From Octopus bimaculoides (Eukaryota), in the NCBI RefSeq assembly GCF_001194135.2, contig NC_068983.1, positions 120,525,105 to 120,570,218 on the forward strand: a stretch of 45,114 bases of DNA, written 5' to 3'. Shown in pieces: positions 21,680-35,391 of this stretch (within the stretch, counting starts at the first letter, position 1; the number at the start of each line of letters is the position of its first letter). The notes beneath the pieces were generated by a model that was not told the DNA's origin, searched no databases, and saw only the letters and a list, made by a program, of their open reading frames with translations. The translations under genes were made by a program, and so were the position numbers.

Positions 21680-24365
21680 GTTGTATTATTTTCATTTCAC
21701 TTCTCAGAGTTCTCGATTTCACTTGCTCCGGTAATTCTGTAAGAGCGGACAGCGACCTGTTTTTAAATGTCTCACAAGGTCTCTTTCCACGATACTTAAC
21801 ACCCATGTACCAATCTCGAAATCCTCGTTGTCTCCAACAAAGCAGTTTTCTGCGCATGTTCTACTCTCATTTCAATCCCAATGTTTCCAACAAATTTCTC
21901 AAACCTGGTTGTTAATGCTCCCACTGCCCTTACAACTACTGGGATGACAGTTATTTTCTTCATTCCCCACATTCGTGCAGTTTCATATTTTAGTGGCTTG
22001 TACTTCCTAATCTTTTCCAGCAGTCAGTCACCCACTCGTGCATCCCCAGGTATGGCAATATCTATGATTTTGGTTTTCCTTCATTTTTTTATCCACTACA
22101 GCAATGTCTGATCTTGAGCATCATTCACTGATTCACACTGGATTCTAAAATCCCATAAGAATTTATATTCATTATTCTCGGTTACGCCTTCTGGATTATG
22201 CTTGTACTATATCAATATCCTTTCAAGGCCGTACGTTTCACACAATCTCTATCTTAGCAATGTTATTATGCCCCCATTTATACTCATTTTGAGCCAGTTT
22301 TCTACACTCACAATATTTGAAACTGCTTCATTTCTGATGACGCACAACCTACAAAGGGGCGATTCACTATCTTATCTACTTGGAACTTGGTGTAATTAGT
22401 TCTCAGAGCTTGTTTGTGGATGCTACATATCAATACTACAATGAATCCTTTCAAATCATTTTTCCTTAACCACCTTCAGGTGTTGGTCTTGTCTTTTCCT
22501 CCTATTTCTCTGAGGTATTGCCCATGCATCGTTTTAATTTTCCACTTAGTCAATCTTTGTTTTTCACTTTGTCTCTTAAATGTTCTTCGGTGCGTCACAT
22601 TTTCACAAGGTATCGTGTTGCTATTTCTAACAGCAACAACTAAAGGTTCAATCTGCTGTTTGACGTACCATTCCAGACGGTTTTCCTCATTAACAACGCA
22701 GATCTTGCATTCTATGAAACTTCTTTTTCCCTTGTATTTTGGCACATACAGTATATCGATATCGATTTTAGGGAATAGTTTCTTGTTCATTGTCATCACT
22801 TCCCTGGTTTTTCTATCCATTTTTCTCAAACGCGTTCTTTGTCCTCCTAACAACACCTGAGCCGTATCGCATTAAGGATACAGCCCATGTATTTATTGCT
22901 TTGGTCTTGTTCTTTCCATTGAGTCCACTCTCCATTATTAATTTGGTTCTTCTGAGGTATTCCGTCTAAAGCTTTCCTTCATCTCACTCTCCGTGATTTT
23001 GACATACTCCAAAATACTCAGATATTTATATCCATTCATCTCAACATATTTGCTTCTCTCGCTGGTTGGTAGTTCTACACAATCAGATGACACTACTTTG
23101 CCTTACTTTATGATAATTATACCATTTTTAAAAGATCCCAAATACCGTCCCGATATCCTTACTGAATATCTGCACTGTTGAAACCAGACCATTTATTTCA
23201 CGTTTACTCTTGCCGAAGATCTTTAGGTTAGCCCAATGCAACAGGGGATTTAACTTTCCTCCACTTTTCAAGGTGTACCCCGATGTCACTTTTCGTAATA
23301 TCTGCGAGAGGAGTATCATGCAAATCACAAACAGCAATGGTGACAGACTATCTCCCTGAAATATGCCTCTTCTGACGTTAATCTTCGTCAACAATTCTCC
23401 ACATGATTTTAACTCTGTATTCCAGTTCTCCCTTGATCTAATAAAATTTCAAATCTTATCAGATACATATAACAACTCAGGACATTTTAAAATCTAGGAA
23501 CGGGGGACCATTTTACAAGCTTTCTTATAATCGATCCACTCTATACCAAGATTAGTATGTCTTTTCTTACAGTCTTTCAGCATCATTCTGTCTATAAGAT
23601 GTTGATCCTTTGTTCCTCATCTTTTCCTTCTGCATATCTTCTGTTCCACTGGCAACTTGTCATGCATTTCCAGGAAGTCATACACTCAGTTAGACATTCC
23701 TATCTTCAACTTCCGCATCAAGAATAAGCAGGAGATTGGCCGATAATTATCCATTGCATTACTTTTACTGGAGTCCTTTTGGAAAAGAACCGTTTTCCCT
23801 GTGATCATCCACTTTGGGATCTTCACTCCGTTGTTGATCATTTTATCATTTGCTTAGCTATTCTTTTGTGTAATGCTGAGAAATTTTTCAACCAATACCC
23901 TCGTACTCCATCCGGGCCTCGACCTTTCCAGTTTGGAACCTTTGTTGTTTGCTCGATCGGCATTTCAGTTGTTATTATTATATTGTTCTGTTTCATTTCA
24001 TTTTTCTCCGATCCTAATTCCTTCAACTATTCAGCATCTTTCTTATGATCCCTTCTATTATCCCAGATGTTATTCCAAAACCTCTTACATCCATTAACTT
24101 CCGGTTTCTTATTTCTGTTAACCTATCCGTTCAGCTGCTGATAGATCCTTTTCTAATCTTCTTGGAACAATCTATTGATTTTATATTGTTCAATCCGTTA
24201 ATCATATCTCTTGATTTTTATTGTTTTAGCCTGCAGTCTTTGTTTCAGTTCTTCAAGGACTAAATTTAGCCCCTTTTCTTGATCCTATATTTACGTTCTT
24301 GATATTTCTCCTTCCCGATTCCATCTTGTTTCTTTCATTCCAGGGTGTTGATATGTTTTCGTAGC
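21680..24365 (-). mobile_element. R4/Dong-like LINE, degenerate, about 2.7 kb
   Basis: Minus motifs VPNWKGRGPDGVRGYWLK, RRGIFQGDSLSPLLF (the YMDD position reads HWAN), LYVPKYKGKR, SPLCRLC, and a REL end KYETARMWGMKKITVIPVVV...QKTALL. Internal deletions and stops are present. Confidence 0.88.
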
Positions 24366-24369
24366 TCGT

Positions 24370-25177
24370 TCATTGAATGATTTATTCTTTCCCGAGGCTA
24401 TTTTGCTACATTTCATCTTTTACGGTCTGATTAAAACTCTTCCTTTGATTAAACTCTTCCTTGCCCATCATTTCATCTGCATTTACACCCATATCTTTCG
24501 CGGCATATTGCAGCTGGTCTTCATCACTATTTATCAAATACTCGGCAAGCGTTCTCCTTTCACACCTTATACAATGGTCCATACTTATCAGTCCTCTGTC
24601 ACCATTCTTTCTTTTCATATAGAGTGTTTTTGTTTGCTTTAGGATGTAGCACCCCATGCAGCGTCATCAACTTTCTCGTCCTTCTATCCGGTGTTGATAT
24701 TTCTTCCTTAGTCCATTTGAGGATGGACGCACTATATCTGACCAGATATTCATGATTGCACTATATCTGACCAGATATTCCCGGACGCCCTATATCTGCT
24801 CAGATATTTATTGTAGTAATCAAATTTTTGGCATTCAGGTTGGATTTCAACACCATCTTCACCCCTTTTTTGATACGCCTCGCTTACCTTGACTTTCATT
24901 TCTCTGTGTAGAATGTCATCCAGCTCCAAAATCTCTAAATATCTATACCCACTACCGTCGGGTTCACCCATGGTCTCTCCTGATGGTAACCGCAATCCTC
25001 TGCAGGATGCTTTCTTCCATCTTTTCATATTAAGTACTGAGCATTGGTAATCCCAAATTCCATACCGATGTCCCTACCACACTTGTGGACTATTTTGGTT
25101 AAGGAATCTATCTATTTTACAGATTTTCCAAGCAATTTCAGGTCATCCATAAGCAGAAGATGGTTCAATGATGGGCC
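24370..25177 (-). mobile_element. Second R4/Dong-like LINE fragment (RT domains 5-7 and thumb)
   Basis: PSLNHLLLMDDLKL (25141-25177), LEILELDDILHREMK and LYMKRKNGDRGLISMDHCI. Truncated at both ends. Confidence 0.85.
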
Positions 25178-25461
25178 TTTCTTTTTCTTTTTCTTTTTCT
25201 TCTTTTTCTTTTTCTTTTTCTTCTTTTTCTTTTTCTTTTTCTTCTTTTTCTTTTTCTTCTTTTTTCTTCTTCTTTTCCTTCTTCTTCTTCTTCTTCTTCT
25301 TCTTCTTCTTCTTCTTCTTCTTCTTCTTCTTCTTCTTCTTCTTCTTCTTTTTTTCTTTTTCTTTTCTTTTCTTTTTCTTCCTATTCTTCTTCTTCTTCTT
25401 CTTCTTCTTCTTCTTCTTCTTCTTCTTCTTCTTCTTCTTCTTCTTCTTCTTCTTCTTCTTC
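25178..25461. repeat. (CTTTTT)n/(CTT)n polypyrimidine tract
   Basis: Directly visible. Confidence 0.97.
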
Positions 25462-26071
25462 ATGAAGAATGATGTAACTTTTCCACGAAGGTAAATAAAC
25501 AATAAGAAGAGCGAGATGCGATTTGTAATAGAGATTGACTCTGTTTATTGAACTGAAGGAATTGGACAATATTTCGACTGATTGTCAGTCTTCCTCGGGC
25601 TCAAATATAAATTGAAAGAAAACCGTAGAAACACAGAAATTCAAAATATGAACGGGAATATCCTGTATTCCTTTTTATTCAAAATGACATCATCAGTTTT
25701 CGCCTTTTCATAACTGGTAAAAAGGAAAAACAAAACAAAGAAAATTAGGAAAGAAAAATAACGGAACACTCAGTCAGTCTTCTTTAAATGTGATGAAATT
25801 CGCCTATCATTTTATTCATTCCTCCAGGGCATGATGTTAGCAATTCGCAAATATATTTGCCCTCATACAAGATGTTCCCGATCATATTTTGAATTTCTGT
25901 ATTTCTGCGTTTTGCTTTTTGCATTTTACATTTAAACCCGAGAAAGACAATCTGTCGAAATATTATTCAATTCTTTAAATTCAATAAACAGAGACAATCT
26001 CTGTTACAAGTCGCTCCGTACTCTTGTTGTTTATTAACGTACATTAATATTAAAAAAAAAAAAAAATTGCC

Positions 26072-26289
26072 GGCAGCCAGCTGGCAGAACCGTTAGCATG
26101 CTAGGCGGAATGCTTAGCGGTATTTCGTCCGTCTTCATGTGCTGAGTGCAAATTCCACCGAGGTCGACTTTGCCTTTTTATCCTTTTAGGGTCAATAAAA
26201 TAAGCATCTGTTGAACACGGGTCGATGTCATCGACTTAACCTCTCTCCCGAACTTGCTGGCCTTGTGCTAAGATTTGAAACTAATATTA
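26072..26289 (+). mobile_element. SINE family A, full length (tail type a), probable TSD
   Basis: Head, core and tail are all present. TAATATTAAAA is repeated at 26045-26055 and 26282-26292. Confidence 0.88.
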
Positions 26290-27764
26290 AAACAAAAATG
26301 AAACAAAACAAAATAGAGTTCATAAATAGCAAAATATCGGCTAGAAAATAGTTATACAAGACTATATAGATTATAATCAATATATCAAGATGTCAATTCG
26401 AAGACTTGGGTTTGGACTTCGAATCGGATAGTCGCTGTCATATAAGGGACCAATTAATAATATTTACCTCATATATTCAATCGCAGAACAAAATTTCAAC
26501 TCAAATGTGATATTTACAGATGAGAAGTAAAACAACGTACACTTCCCTCAAATAAACCAGTGAAAATGGTCAGAGGTTGAAGACGGATCACTCTAAACGT
26601 CAATGAATGAAACCCAATAGATGAAACTGAACAAATATTTGCGGACACGTTATTTATGTGAATTAATATTCTAAAGCGTTCTTATTACTCCTATACTTTT
26701 ACAGCTAACATTCTCGTCCTTACAATTGCCATCGATTAAATTGTAAGCTATGACGATTTCGTCATCAGGAAGAACTCAAAGGTTTGTAGGAAACAGGTTG
26801 AAGTCAACTGAGTCGACACAAGTAGGATATTGATATTTAAATGATAAATCGTAGATGGAATAGAATTCACGCTCGAGGAGAATATGACAAAGTACTACAA
26901 CCCATTGATCCATTCACCCCACTATTATCACTAGCTGGACCACTTTTACTAACAGCAAGTTGAGAATTGCAGAATAACTGAATTCTCATATTAGTTCTAG
27001 GATTTATAAGTGTTTAGGTGAGGAGTACTGACAACCCATCTTCGTACGTCAGAACGTTATATTTATTTTGTCGACTCTGGAGAGAAATAATATGTACATT
27101 TGAATCTGGTGAGAATTGAGCTTAGAACACGGATACACAAGTGAATATTAGCAACTAATTTAAGTTTAGTAGGAGACATTAACCGTTTTTCATCTCTCGC
27201 TAACCAGCCATAAAATAGTAGAAGTACCAGGATCAGATGACAGCAATATTTTTGCATTTGAGAAAGTCAGTCAGAGAACAATTGATAAGAATTTGGTTAA
27301 TATCAGCTGGCAAATTCCTGCCGTGTAAAGACCTAAAAAATCGATGTTATTTGATTGTTAGATAAACAATACGTGTGTGATGTACATTTTTATTTTTACT
27401 TCCGTTGGATGTTAATGTTGGTCAGGGTGTAAGTTGATACGTCTGTTGTAAAATAGTGGGTATATGTAAAACAATTTGCCACATACGAATATATCGATCA
27501 TGTTTTCCCTTCAGTGGTTATATAGGAGGGAAAAAGGAAAAGAGAAAAAGAAAAAGAAAAGGTAAAAGAAATATTATTAAGAAAGACTTGTACTAAGTAG
27601 GTTCGCCTTTTGAGGAAAGTAGTACTTTTGGTTGAGAATGCTGAATAGAATAGCATGTTACTGTTACAAGAAGAGAGTTATTTAGAGTATATATGGAGGC
27701 AACTGCTTTCTTTCTTTATGCTGCATACAAGCCTCAGTAGATTCTGGAGGAATGCCGCACAAAC

Positions 27765-27950
27765 AGCCAACAACAATAACGACGACAACAGAAACAACAA
27801 CAACAACAACGGCAACAATAGTAGTAGCTCTCACAACAACAACAACAAAAGACCACAAACTCATTATCATCAGCATTGTTGTCATTATCATCATCATGAT
27901 CACAAACAGGAGCAGCAGCGTCGATATTATCATGGACAACAAAAACTTAT
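27765..27950. repeat. Degenerate (AAC)n/(CAT)n trinucleotide tract
   Basis: Directly visible. Confidence 0.85.
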
Positions 27951-28490
27951 ACAAAAGAAACGTAAATAGTGTTTAGTTGATGTAGCAGCCAAGAGCAGAC
28001 ATATGGAAAATGCATTAACAAAACAACCAACAGAAATTTGAAAGAGGTTTGTTCTTTAAAGTTATGTAATATAGGATATCATGTGTATTTTTTTTCTTTT
28101 ACTAAAGATGTAGTTATATGAGGAGAGAAAGAGAGAAGTGAAATAACCGAGTTTTTAGTTACGTCTGGATGCTGGAACAAGGAGAAGGTAGTTGGAAATC
28201 GATGGGGGGAGTGTACTCATGTTGGAGTGACCTAATGCACACAAAGCAGCTGCCTTCTCTATTTATGTCTTAGTGTGAGCATATGGAACACTTATGGATT
28301 NNNNNNNNNNNNNNNNNNNNNNNNNNNNNNNNNNNNNNNNNNNNNNNNNNNNNNNNNNNNNNNNNNNNNNNNNNNNNNNNNNNNNNNNNNNNNNNNNNNN
28401 ATGATATGTGTGGATTGTTGGTGGGATGGCTATCGTCTGTCAAGATGGAGTGGTCGTCATATATGTATGTACATATATGTGTATATATAT

Positions 28491-29004
28491 GAAATAAATA
28501 CGAGAATCAGCCAATCCAACCAATCATTCAGTATGCTAAACTCAATATGGAAAAGATTTTACAAAAGCAACATACTTAGAATCCTCCTCCATGGATCCGA
28601 ATGTTGGAAAACAAACAAAAGTATTGAAAAGAAATTGGAGGTGTTTCAAAATAAATGTTTACGCAAAATTCTGAAGGCCGAATATGATCCTGAATGGCCA
28701 ACTACACACCAAGGCTAATGTGAAACCAATAAGAGAAAGTAGTGAAGCAAGGAAACTATTGAAATGGCTGGGTCAAGTTTGTCGCTATAAACCAAACTCA
28801 GTTGTCAGGATCACTTTGCAATGGGTTCCAGAAGGTAAAAGAAGACGTAGCCGACCGTGGCGGAGAACAATAACAAAAGATCTTAAAAGCAGGGGTTAAC
28901 AATGGAACAAGCGGTCAAGGATGCTTTCTGTGTTAGAACGTGGAATGATCCTGCTGTCACCTTAAGTGTCACAAAGCACAATGAGAACCGAATGATTGAA
29001 TGAA
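28491..29004 (+). mobile_element. RTE-clade LINE 3' fragment
   Basis: EINTRISQSNQSF...LLHGSECW...LEVFQNKCLRKIL and KWLGQVCR...LQWVPEGKRRRSRP are RTE C-terminal motifs. The fragment ends in (TGAA)n. Confidence 0.85.
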
Positions 29005-30869
29005 TATATAGACGTGTGTGTGTGTTTCATGAATGTGTGTGCAAGAGTGCATATGTACATGTCTGTGTATGTGAGTGTGTGTGTGTGTGTGTGAGTGTAT
29101 GTGTAAGATAGATAAATCGATAGATAGAAAGAGTGTGAGAGAGAGAGAGGAAGAAAGGACAAAAGGAAGATAGGGGGAGAGAGAATTGGATTTAAGTATT
29201 TTTCGTCAAGTTCAAAAAAGCTAAATTTTTTCTAGATTATGATTATGACGTCACAATATCACTAACGTCATAACTGGAGTTTTGGCCTCCTTCAACTTTT
29301 CGCGGAGTTTAGATGTTAGGAACTCTGGGCCAGCAATCTCACCCAAACATCTGAAAACAAGTGTAAAGTGAGTGTCTTCATCTTGCTTTTGATGTTTGTG
29401 GGTTTGTTGTTATGCACCTTTTAAATTCTCAAACACCCTCTGTAACATGCTGGTTGGTACCATAACATGGTTACAAGGTGAGCAGTAGTGTTACTGTAAC
29501 CGTATGAACTTTTAGGAACCTGGGGGTTCCAAATAGAAACATATACTTCACTGCCAATACATTTACGAAGAATATTTTATCGAAAACAAATGCATGATTG
29601 TAAAAAATAAATGTGACATTAAATAACAATAAAAAATGGTGGATACGAAATAACGGTACTCATTGAATAATCATGGTTTTAACACGGTAAGTATTTTAAT
29701 AAAAAATAAGTTTGTTGCAAATAAAACGTTTGAGCATCTTTTCAAGGTATTTCTTTATGCAAAATAGAATCTTCATTAGATGTTAGATACACCGCTTGTA
29801 TCACTTGTAAAACACAAGGCGACACACACACACCTTTGGTTACAAGTGTGTATCTCTATGGGCTTGTGTGTGTGTGTGAGTGTGTGTTTGTCTGTGTGTG
29901 TGTTTTTGTGTCTATGTTGTGTATCTCTCGGTCATAATATAAATAATTGCTGTAGGCTGATGTATCTTCTATCTCTGTTGAGTGTTAGGGTTCATTCTTA
30001 GATAAGATACATTGCTAGATATGTGCTTTTCTCGGCATAGGGCCTCAGTGATAGTGAGATCCAACAATAGGAGCAATTTTGAGGGCTCTGAGTGCTACTC
30101 ATAATTAAACAGGAAAATAAGGTGATGTTTCCTTGATATGAGTAGTGTTCATGGTGTCTTGATTCTGAAAGACAAAACTGGTATATCGCCATTGGAAGAG
30201 GTTTTCGAGGTATCTGTTCATGGAGTAAGTGTATATTTGATGTTTATTTTGAGAGCAGATATTGCATGGTTGGAGAATGTCAGGGAAGAGCGAGGGGGTG
30301 TGTCATCTGAGTAAGCCCGGTGTTGTTGGATATGGTGGCAAGTAATTCATTGATATGTAGAAGGAAGAGAGTCGTGGACACAACCAAAACCTGGAGCACA
30401 CCGGAGTCGATAGAATGAGGGATAGAAAGAGTTTTGTCAACACACGGGGCAATAGTGCAATCTGATAGGAAGCTACCGTTCCAAGAGATGGGTGACTGGT
30501 GGAACTCATAGGCAGAAAGTTTAGTTTGTTTGTGGTGAGGTATTATATATCGGAGAATTGCGACCGCTCCTGCTCAAACTAATCATTCAGTGTGGAGGAG
30601 TACCCTCATCACAATAGCAATGATGCCTCTCCTCTGAACAATAACAAATATCCATGATGAGTAGGACTGAAAATTATAAACTATGATAAAAACAATTAAA
30701 ATTAAAATTGATTTTGGGATGCATTTTCTTCAAGTCTCAAAATAGAAATTTTATATTTCAAGTTTCATTCAGTTATCCATAGATGTGTATAATATAGTAC
30801 ACAAACTGCGCTATTTGTTTCCCACCATAAAATTTTCCAGTTCAACATATACCAGTAGAAAACTTGCCC

Positions 30870-31105
30870 AAACAGCGTTGTTTATTCTTGTTAGGATATG
30901 GAGATTAAAAACCTTACTAAATACATACACCTGGAAACTGAAACCATGAAAATGTAGGATATAGACACGCTTATAGTCCCAGTCATTACAGAAGCGCTTT
31001 GAGTTGTGAAAGATGGTACAGAAAGAAGAATTACTTAGGAGACCTTCCAAAGGGAAGTCCAGAAAATAGCATTCCTAAGAAGTGTTCATACTCTTGAGTA
31101 AAATA
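30870..31105 (+). mobile_element. Old R4/Dong-like REL 3' fragment
   Basis: KNLTKYIHLE...LIVPVITEAL...EVQKIAFLRSVHTL parallels EKLSKYKDLE...IPIIVGALG...IQKIALLGTAHIL of the 42.8 kb copy. Confidence 0.65.
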
Positions 31106-31569
31106 TCATTTATAAAATTAAGGAAAGATTATAACCAAATTCACTCTTCAGGGTTGCAGAAAGTTTCCAATAAAGTATAAGTATGTGTATTCGTAACAAG
31201 ACAATAATTGTAACAATGATATTAATAATTTATTCGTTACAACGGTGATAGACAATAAAAACAGTGTATTATTTACCGACGTAAAATTCCTAAATGTTTA
31301 TAATGCTGAGCAGAAATTGACTGAAAAGCTAAGGAATTGCATCAGCTTAGTGGCTGAATCAAGAACAGTATGCTTGTTAAGAAATGTGTCTACCACCGCA
31401 CTTGTAACTGGTACAACTGGTGTGATACACAATTTCTGTAAAGACAAAGATCTGTGAATATTCTCACATGGCAATTGTTAAACATTAAACATCTTTATTA
31501 ACATCGAACATTTTTATGCATATTTTCCATGATAAAAGCGATTCTGATGATAATTATAATGAATTCTAA

Positions 31570-31672
31570 TATTGGCACAAAGTCACACATTTTGGGAAAG
31601 GTTATAATCGATTAAATCGACTCAAGTGCTTAACTGATACTAATTTTATACACTAGAATGATGCATAGAACG
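31570..31672 (-). mobile_element. Degenerate SINE family A 3' fragment
   Basis: The reverse complement contains ...GTCGATTTAATCGATT...TTTGTGCCAAT. Confidence 0.55.
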
Positions 31673-33094
31673 TTGGTGTGGCAGAGACGGTAGATTGCCG
31701 ATCAGACTATTATTATCCACTGCAAACGCCAAAGGACGGCGAAGATGTCTGACACAATTTCCAGTCCATTAAAAACCATTAGAGAACCAATTCCACAGAC
31801 AGCTTTGACAGTTGGTGGATTTCATCAGGAAGCAAGGACGAGTTTATCTTTCATATGACAGTTTCATACCGGAATCGGTAGTAGTTATTGATTGCACACA
31901 TAAACATGCACACATTAGCATACGTATGCATACACATACAAATATACAGGCAAACACATTTACAATTGTCTTTTCGACACTACAAAATATAACTTGTACT
32001 TTCACTATCAGATATATAAGCAGATTATCAGCTCAGCATTTTAATATTTCCAGATATAATTTATTGTATCTGCTTCTCTTTCAATATGTGGCAATTGATT
32101 GAAATACAGATCGATATTAAGGAAGAAAATAGATGTTGGAATCCTAATGCGACTCCTGTATAAATATTTCTGTATTCTTGTGGTGAATTAATAAGGTTTG
32201 AATTAGTGTTGTTGGAAAGTAAGAAGCAGGAGATAGGCCAAAATCGTTTGTGGCCGTTGAAGCAACAGATTAAGTAAGAAAGTTTGGGATAAAGATATTA
32301 AAAAGAATGATTTATCTGATATAAATTTAAGCCAACATAGAACTAGAATTTATAAAATGAAGTAATGTTACTCTGTAAATGATATGGAATTGTATAATAA
32401 AGATAGGCTAAAACTGGTCAACGCAACAGGTTTCATTGAGCGTTGACTGCATCGACCTCATCGGTATCGGAGGGACTACGAAAGTCATAGACTCAGTTCC
32501 TGCTTCTTGGCCAACCCAATAAAAATAGATGAGAAGGGTTATATTATATTGAAACGAATCATTATATGGCAGACGCCGGTTTCATTAACATCAAAAATAT
32601 GAAAAACAAAGCCGATTCTGTCGAGGATATAAAATGTCAAAACTAATTATTTGCTCAACACTCATTGCACCATTTCTGCCACATCGCTGACTTACAAAGC
32701 AGCGCTACAGTGCAATGTTCACTATTGTGGTCACCAATGACAAAATAGTTTAAAAATCATAGCCAGTACGACTACCCTACTTGTAATCATAAAACTCAAC
32801 GAAAAGAGGATGTCATAAATATCGCAGTAGATAGTCTTTAAAAACATTTAATGATATGATTAAAAACTATGTAACCAGCTATTTTAGATAATCTCGAATA
32901 ATGATATGAAGAAAATGTTGACTAAAGATTTTGGAATGTTTTACGACACTAAGATTTTTCATGTTTCAACGACTCCTCTTTGCCACTTTTAGTCTGCATT
33001 TATTTTTATCCAAAACATTATCCTGAGAGTCCCGGACTTTCGGGCGTAATTCCGTTTTCTGAAGTAATAAGCAAATACTTATAAATTCAATTTG

Positions 33095-33166
33095 CAACAA
33101 TGCTGGGAATCGAATCCGGGCCGCCTGAGCGAAAGTCAGGAATCTCGATCACTAGACTACATGGTC
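33095..33166 (-). tRNA. tRNA-Glu(TTC)-derived pseudogene or SINE head
   Basis: 72 nt with a perfect anticodon stem CCTGA/TCAGG and loop CTTTCGC (TTC at 33133-33131). The acceptor stem has 5 Watson-Crick pairs and 1 wobble. G53 is changed to A, a second T-stem pair mismatches, the D-loop GG is lost, and no T4 terminator follows. Confidence 0.75.
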
Positions 33167-33899
33167 TCTCGGTCTCTCTCNNNNNNNNNNNNNNNNNNNN
33201 NNNNNNNNNNNNNNNNNNNNNNNNNNNNNNNNNNNNNNNNNNNNNNNNNNNNNNNNNNNNNNNNNNNNNNNNNNNNNNNNNNNNNNNNNNNNNNNNNNNN
33301 NNNNNNNNNNNNNNNNNNNNNNNNNNNNNNNNNNNNNNNNNNNNNNNNNNNNNNNNNNNNNNNNNNNNNNNNNNNNNNNNNNNNNNNNNNNNNNNNNNNN
33401 NNNNNNNNNNNNNNNNNNNNNNNNNNNNNNNNNNNNNNNNNNNNNNNNNNNNNNNNNNNNNNNNNNNNNNNNNNNNNNNNNNNNNNNNNNNNNNNNNNNN
33501 NNNNNNNNNNNNNNNNNNNNNNNNNNNNNNNNNNNNNNNNNNNNNNNNNNNNNNNNNNNNNNNNNNNNNNNNNNNNNNNNNNNNNNNNNNNNNNNNNNNN
33601 NNNNNNNNNNNNNNNNNNNNNNNNNNNNNNNNNNNNNNNNNNNNNNNNNNNNNNNNNNNNNNNNNNNNNNNNNNNNNNNNNNNNNNNNNNNNNNNNNNNN
33701 NNNNNNNNNNNNNNNNNNNNNNNNNNNNNNNNNNNNNNNNNNNNNNNNNNNNNNNNNNNNNNNNNNNNNNNNNNNNNNNNNNNNNNNNNNNNNNNNNNNN
33801 NNNNNNNNNNNNNNNNNNNNNNNNNNNNNNNNNNNNNNNNNNNNNNNNNNNNNNNNNNNNNNNNNNNNNNNNNNNNNNNNNNNNNNNNNCTATCATATT

Positions 33900-33975
33900 A
33901 ATCATTTATATGTGTGTGTATGTGTGTGTGTGTGTGTGCGCTCGCGCGTTTAATGTGTGTGCCTGTGTATATATA

Positions 33976-34038
<63 letters not shown>

Positions 34039-34190
34039 CACTTATGTATGCATGCATGTATGTTTTACAAGTATATCAACACACACACACATTCCACATA
34101 CTCTGAAGTGTATGTGTATATACGTATGCATGTATACCTTTTTGTGTCTGTGCGTGAAGTGATTTACATATGTGTATATGAAATATGCAA
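33900..34190. repeat. (TG)n/(TA)n mixed microsatellite
   Basis: Directly visible. Confidence 0.9.
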
Positions 34191-34825
34191 TTTTAATCGA
34201 CTTCACTTTATCTCCAATCAAAACTCCTTTGTATTTAACAGGCAGATCATTTGAGAGATGCGAATTTTTAGTCGACTCTCCAATCATTAAATTTTAATCG
34301 AATTTTCCAGTAAAACTAGTTGTTCATATTGTTATAAAGAAGCAGCTTCCCAAACTTGAAGTCAGTTTGAAAATTGCCATGCACAAAACTCGCCTTGAGT
34401 GTCACTTTTATAACTTCTACCGATTAGAAATAATAGAAATCATACAAGTTCTCGTGTATTGAGTTCTATTTCCCCTCTTTGTTCTACCAAACCTACAAAC
34501 CCACTCACTCTCTCTGTTGCTCCCCTCTCTCTCTTTCTTTTTCTCACACACAAACATATTTATCTTTCTGAGAATGAAGCAAAAAAAAAAATGAAGAAAT
34601 AAGAGAACTAGAGACTGAGAGAAAGATTGAGGTAGATAGAGATAGATAGGTAGATAGATAGATAGGTAGAAAGAGAAAGAAAGAAAGTGAGAAAGGCAGG
34701 GAAAAGATAGAGATAGACATATATACATACGACTGACACATTTATACATCCATCACTCCCATAAACACAAACACAAGGAAAGTGTGTAGCATGTGATCGT
34801 CGCATTGACCACGATAGAGAAAGTT

Positions 34826-35327
34826 CTCATGGCGATACTTGCTCAGAGGCCTACGCAAAGTTGCTGAAAGTGTATGGAGAGGAGTACATGAGCCGCACAC
34901 AAGTATACGAATGGTTCAGACGTTTCCAAGATTTCCGAAAATATGTCAATATTGACGAATGTCCTCGGAGACCCGCAACCAACAGAACTGAGAAAAACAT
35001 CGCAGATATGCATGCAGCTGTGAGGAGAAATTGTATAATCACCATCCGTGAGTTATCAAAGAACGTACAGATTAATTACAGTTCAGTTCAATCCATTATC
35101 AGTGAAGATTTAGGTTTGAGTCGCATGTCTGCCAAAGTTTGTGCCCAAACTGCTTTCAGTTGACCAAAAAGACACTCGTGTTTCAGTTGCACAAGATCTC
35201 CTTGATTGTGTTGAGAACGATAAAAACTTTTTGAAAATTTTACGTAGGCCTCTGGGCAGGTCTCACCAAGCTTTTGGCAAAATTTGATGCAGAATCTCTG
35301 CTCAACTTTCCCTGTCATAGGCTGCAG
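34826..35327 (+). mobile_element. Mariner transposase N-terminal remnant with an inverted second copy of its start
   Basis: The plus strand reads GDTCSEAYAKLLKVYGEEYMSRTQVYEWFRRF...TIREL...SAK/FVPKLL. The minus strand at 35318-35236 reads MTGKVEQRFCIKFCQKLGETCPEAYVK. Confidence 0.85.
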
Positions 35328-35329
35328 CC

Positions 35330-35391
<62 letters not shown>

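Noticed and set aside
30000-30560. Purine-rich stretch resembling a reversed Penelope GIY-YIG region
   Set aside because: No GIY-YIG or YIG motif could be read in any frame.
32530-33060. Possible hAT-type remnant with GC-rich subterminal-like sequence at ~33020-33060
   Set aside because: No matching second end, TSD or transposase motif was found.
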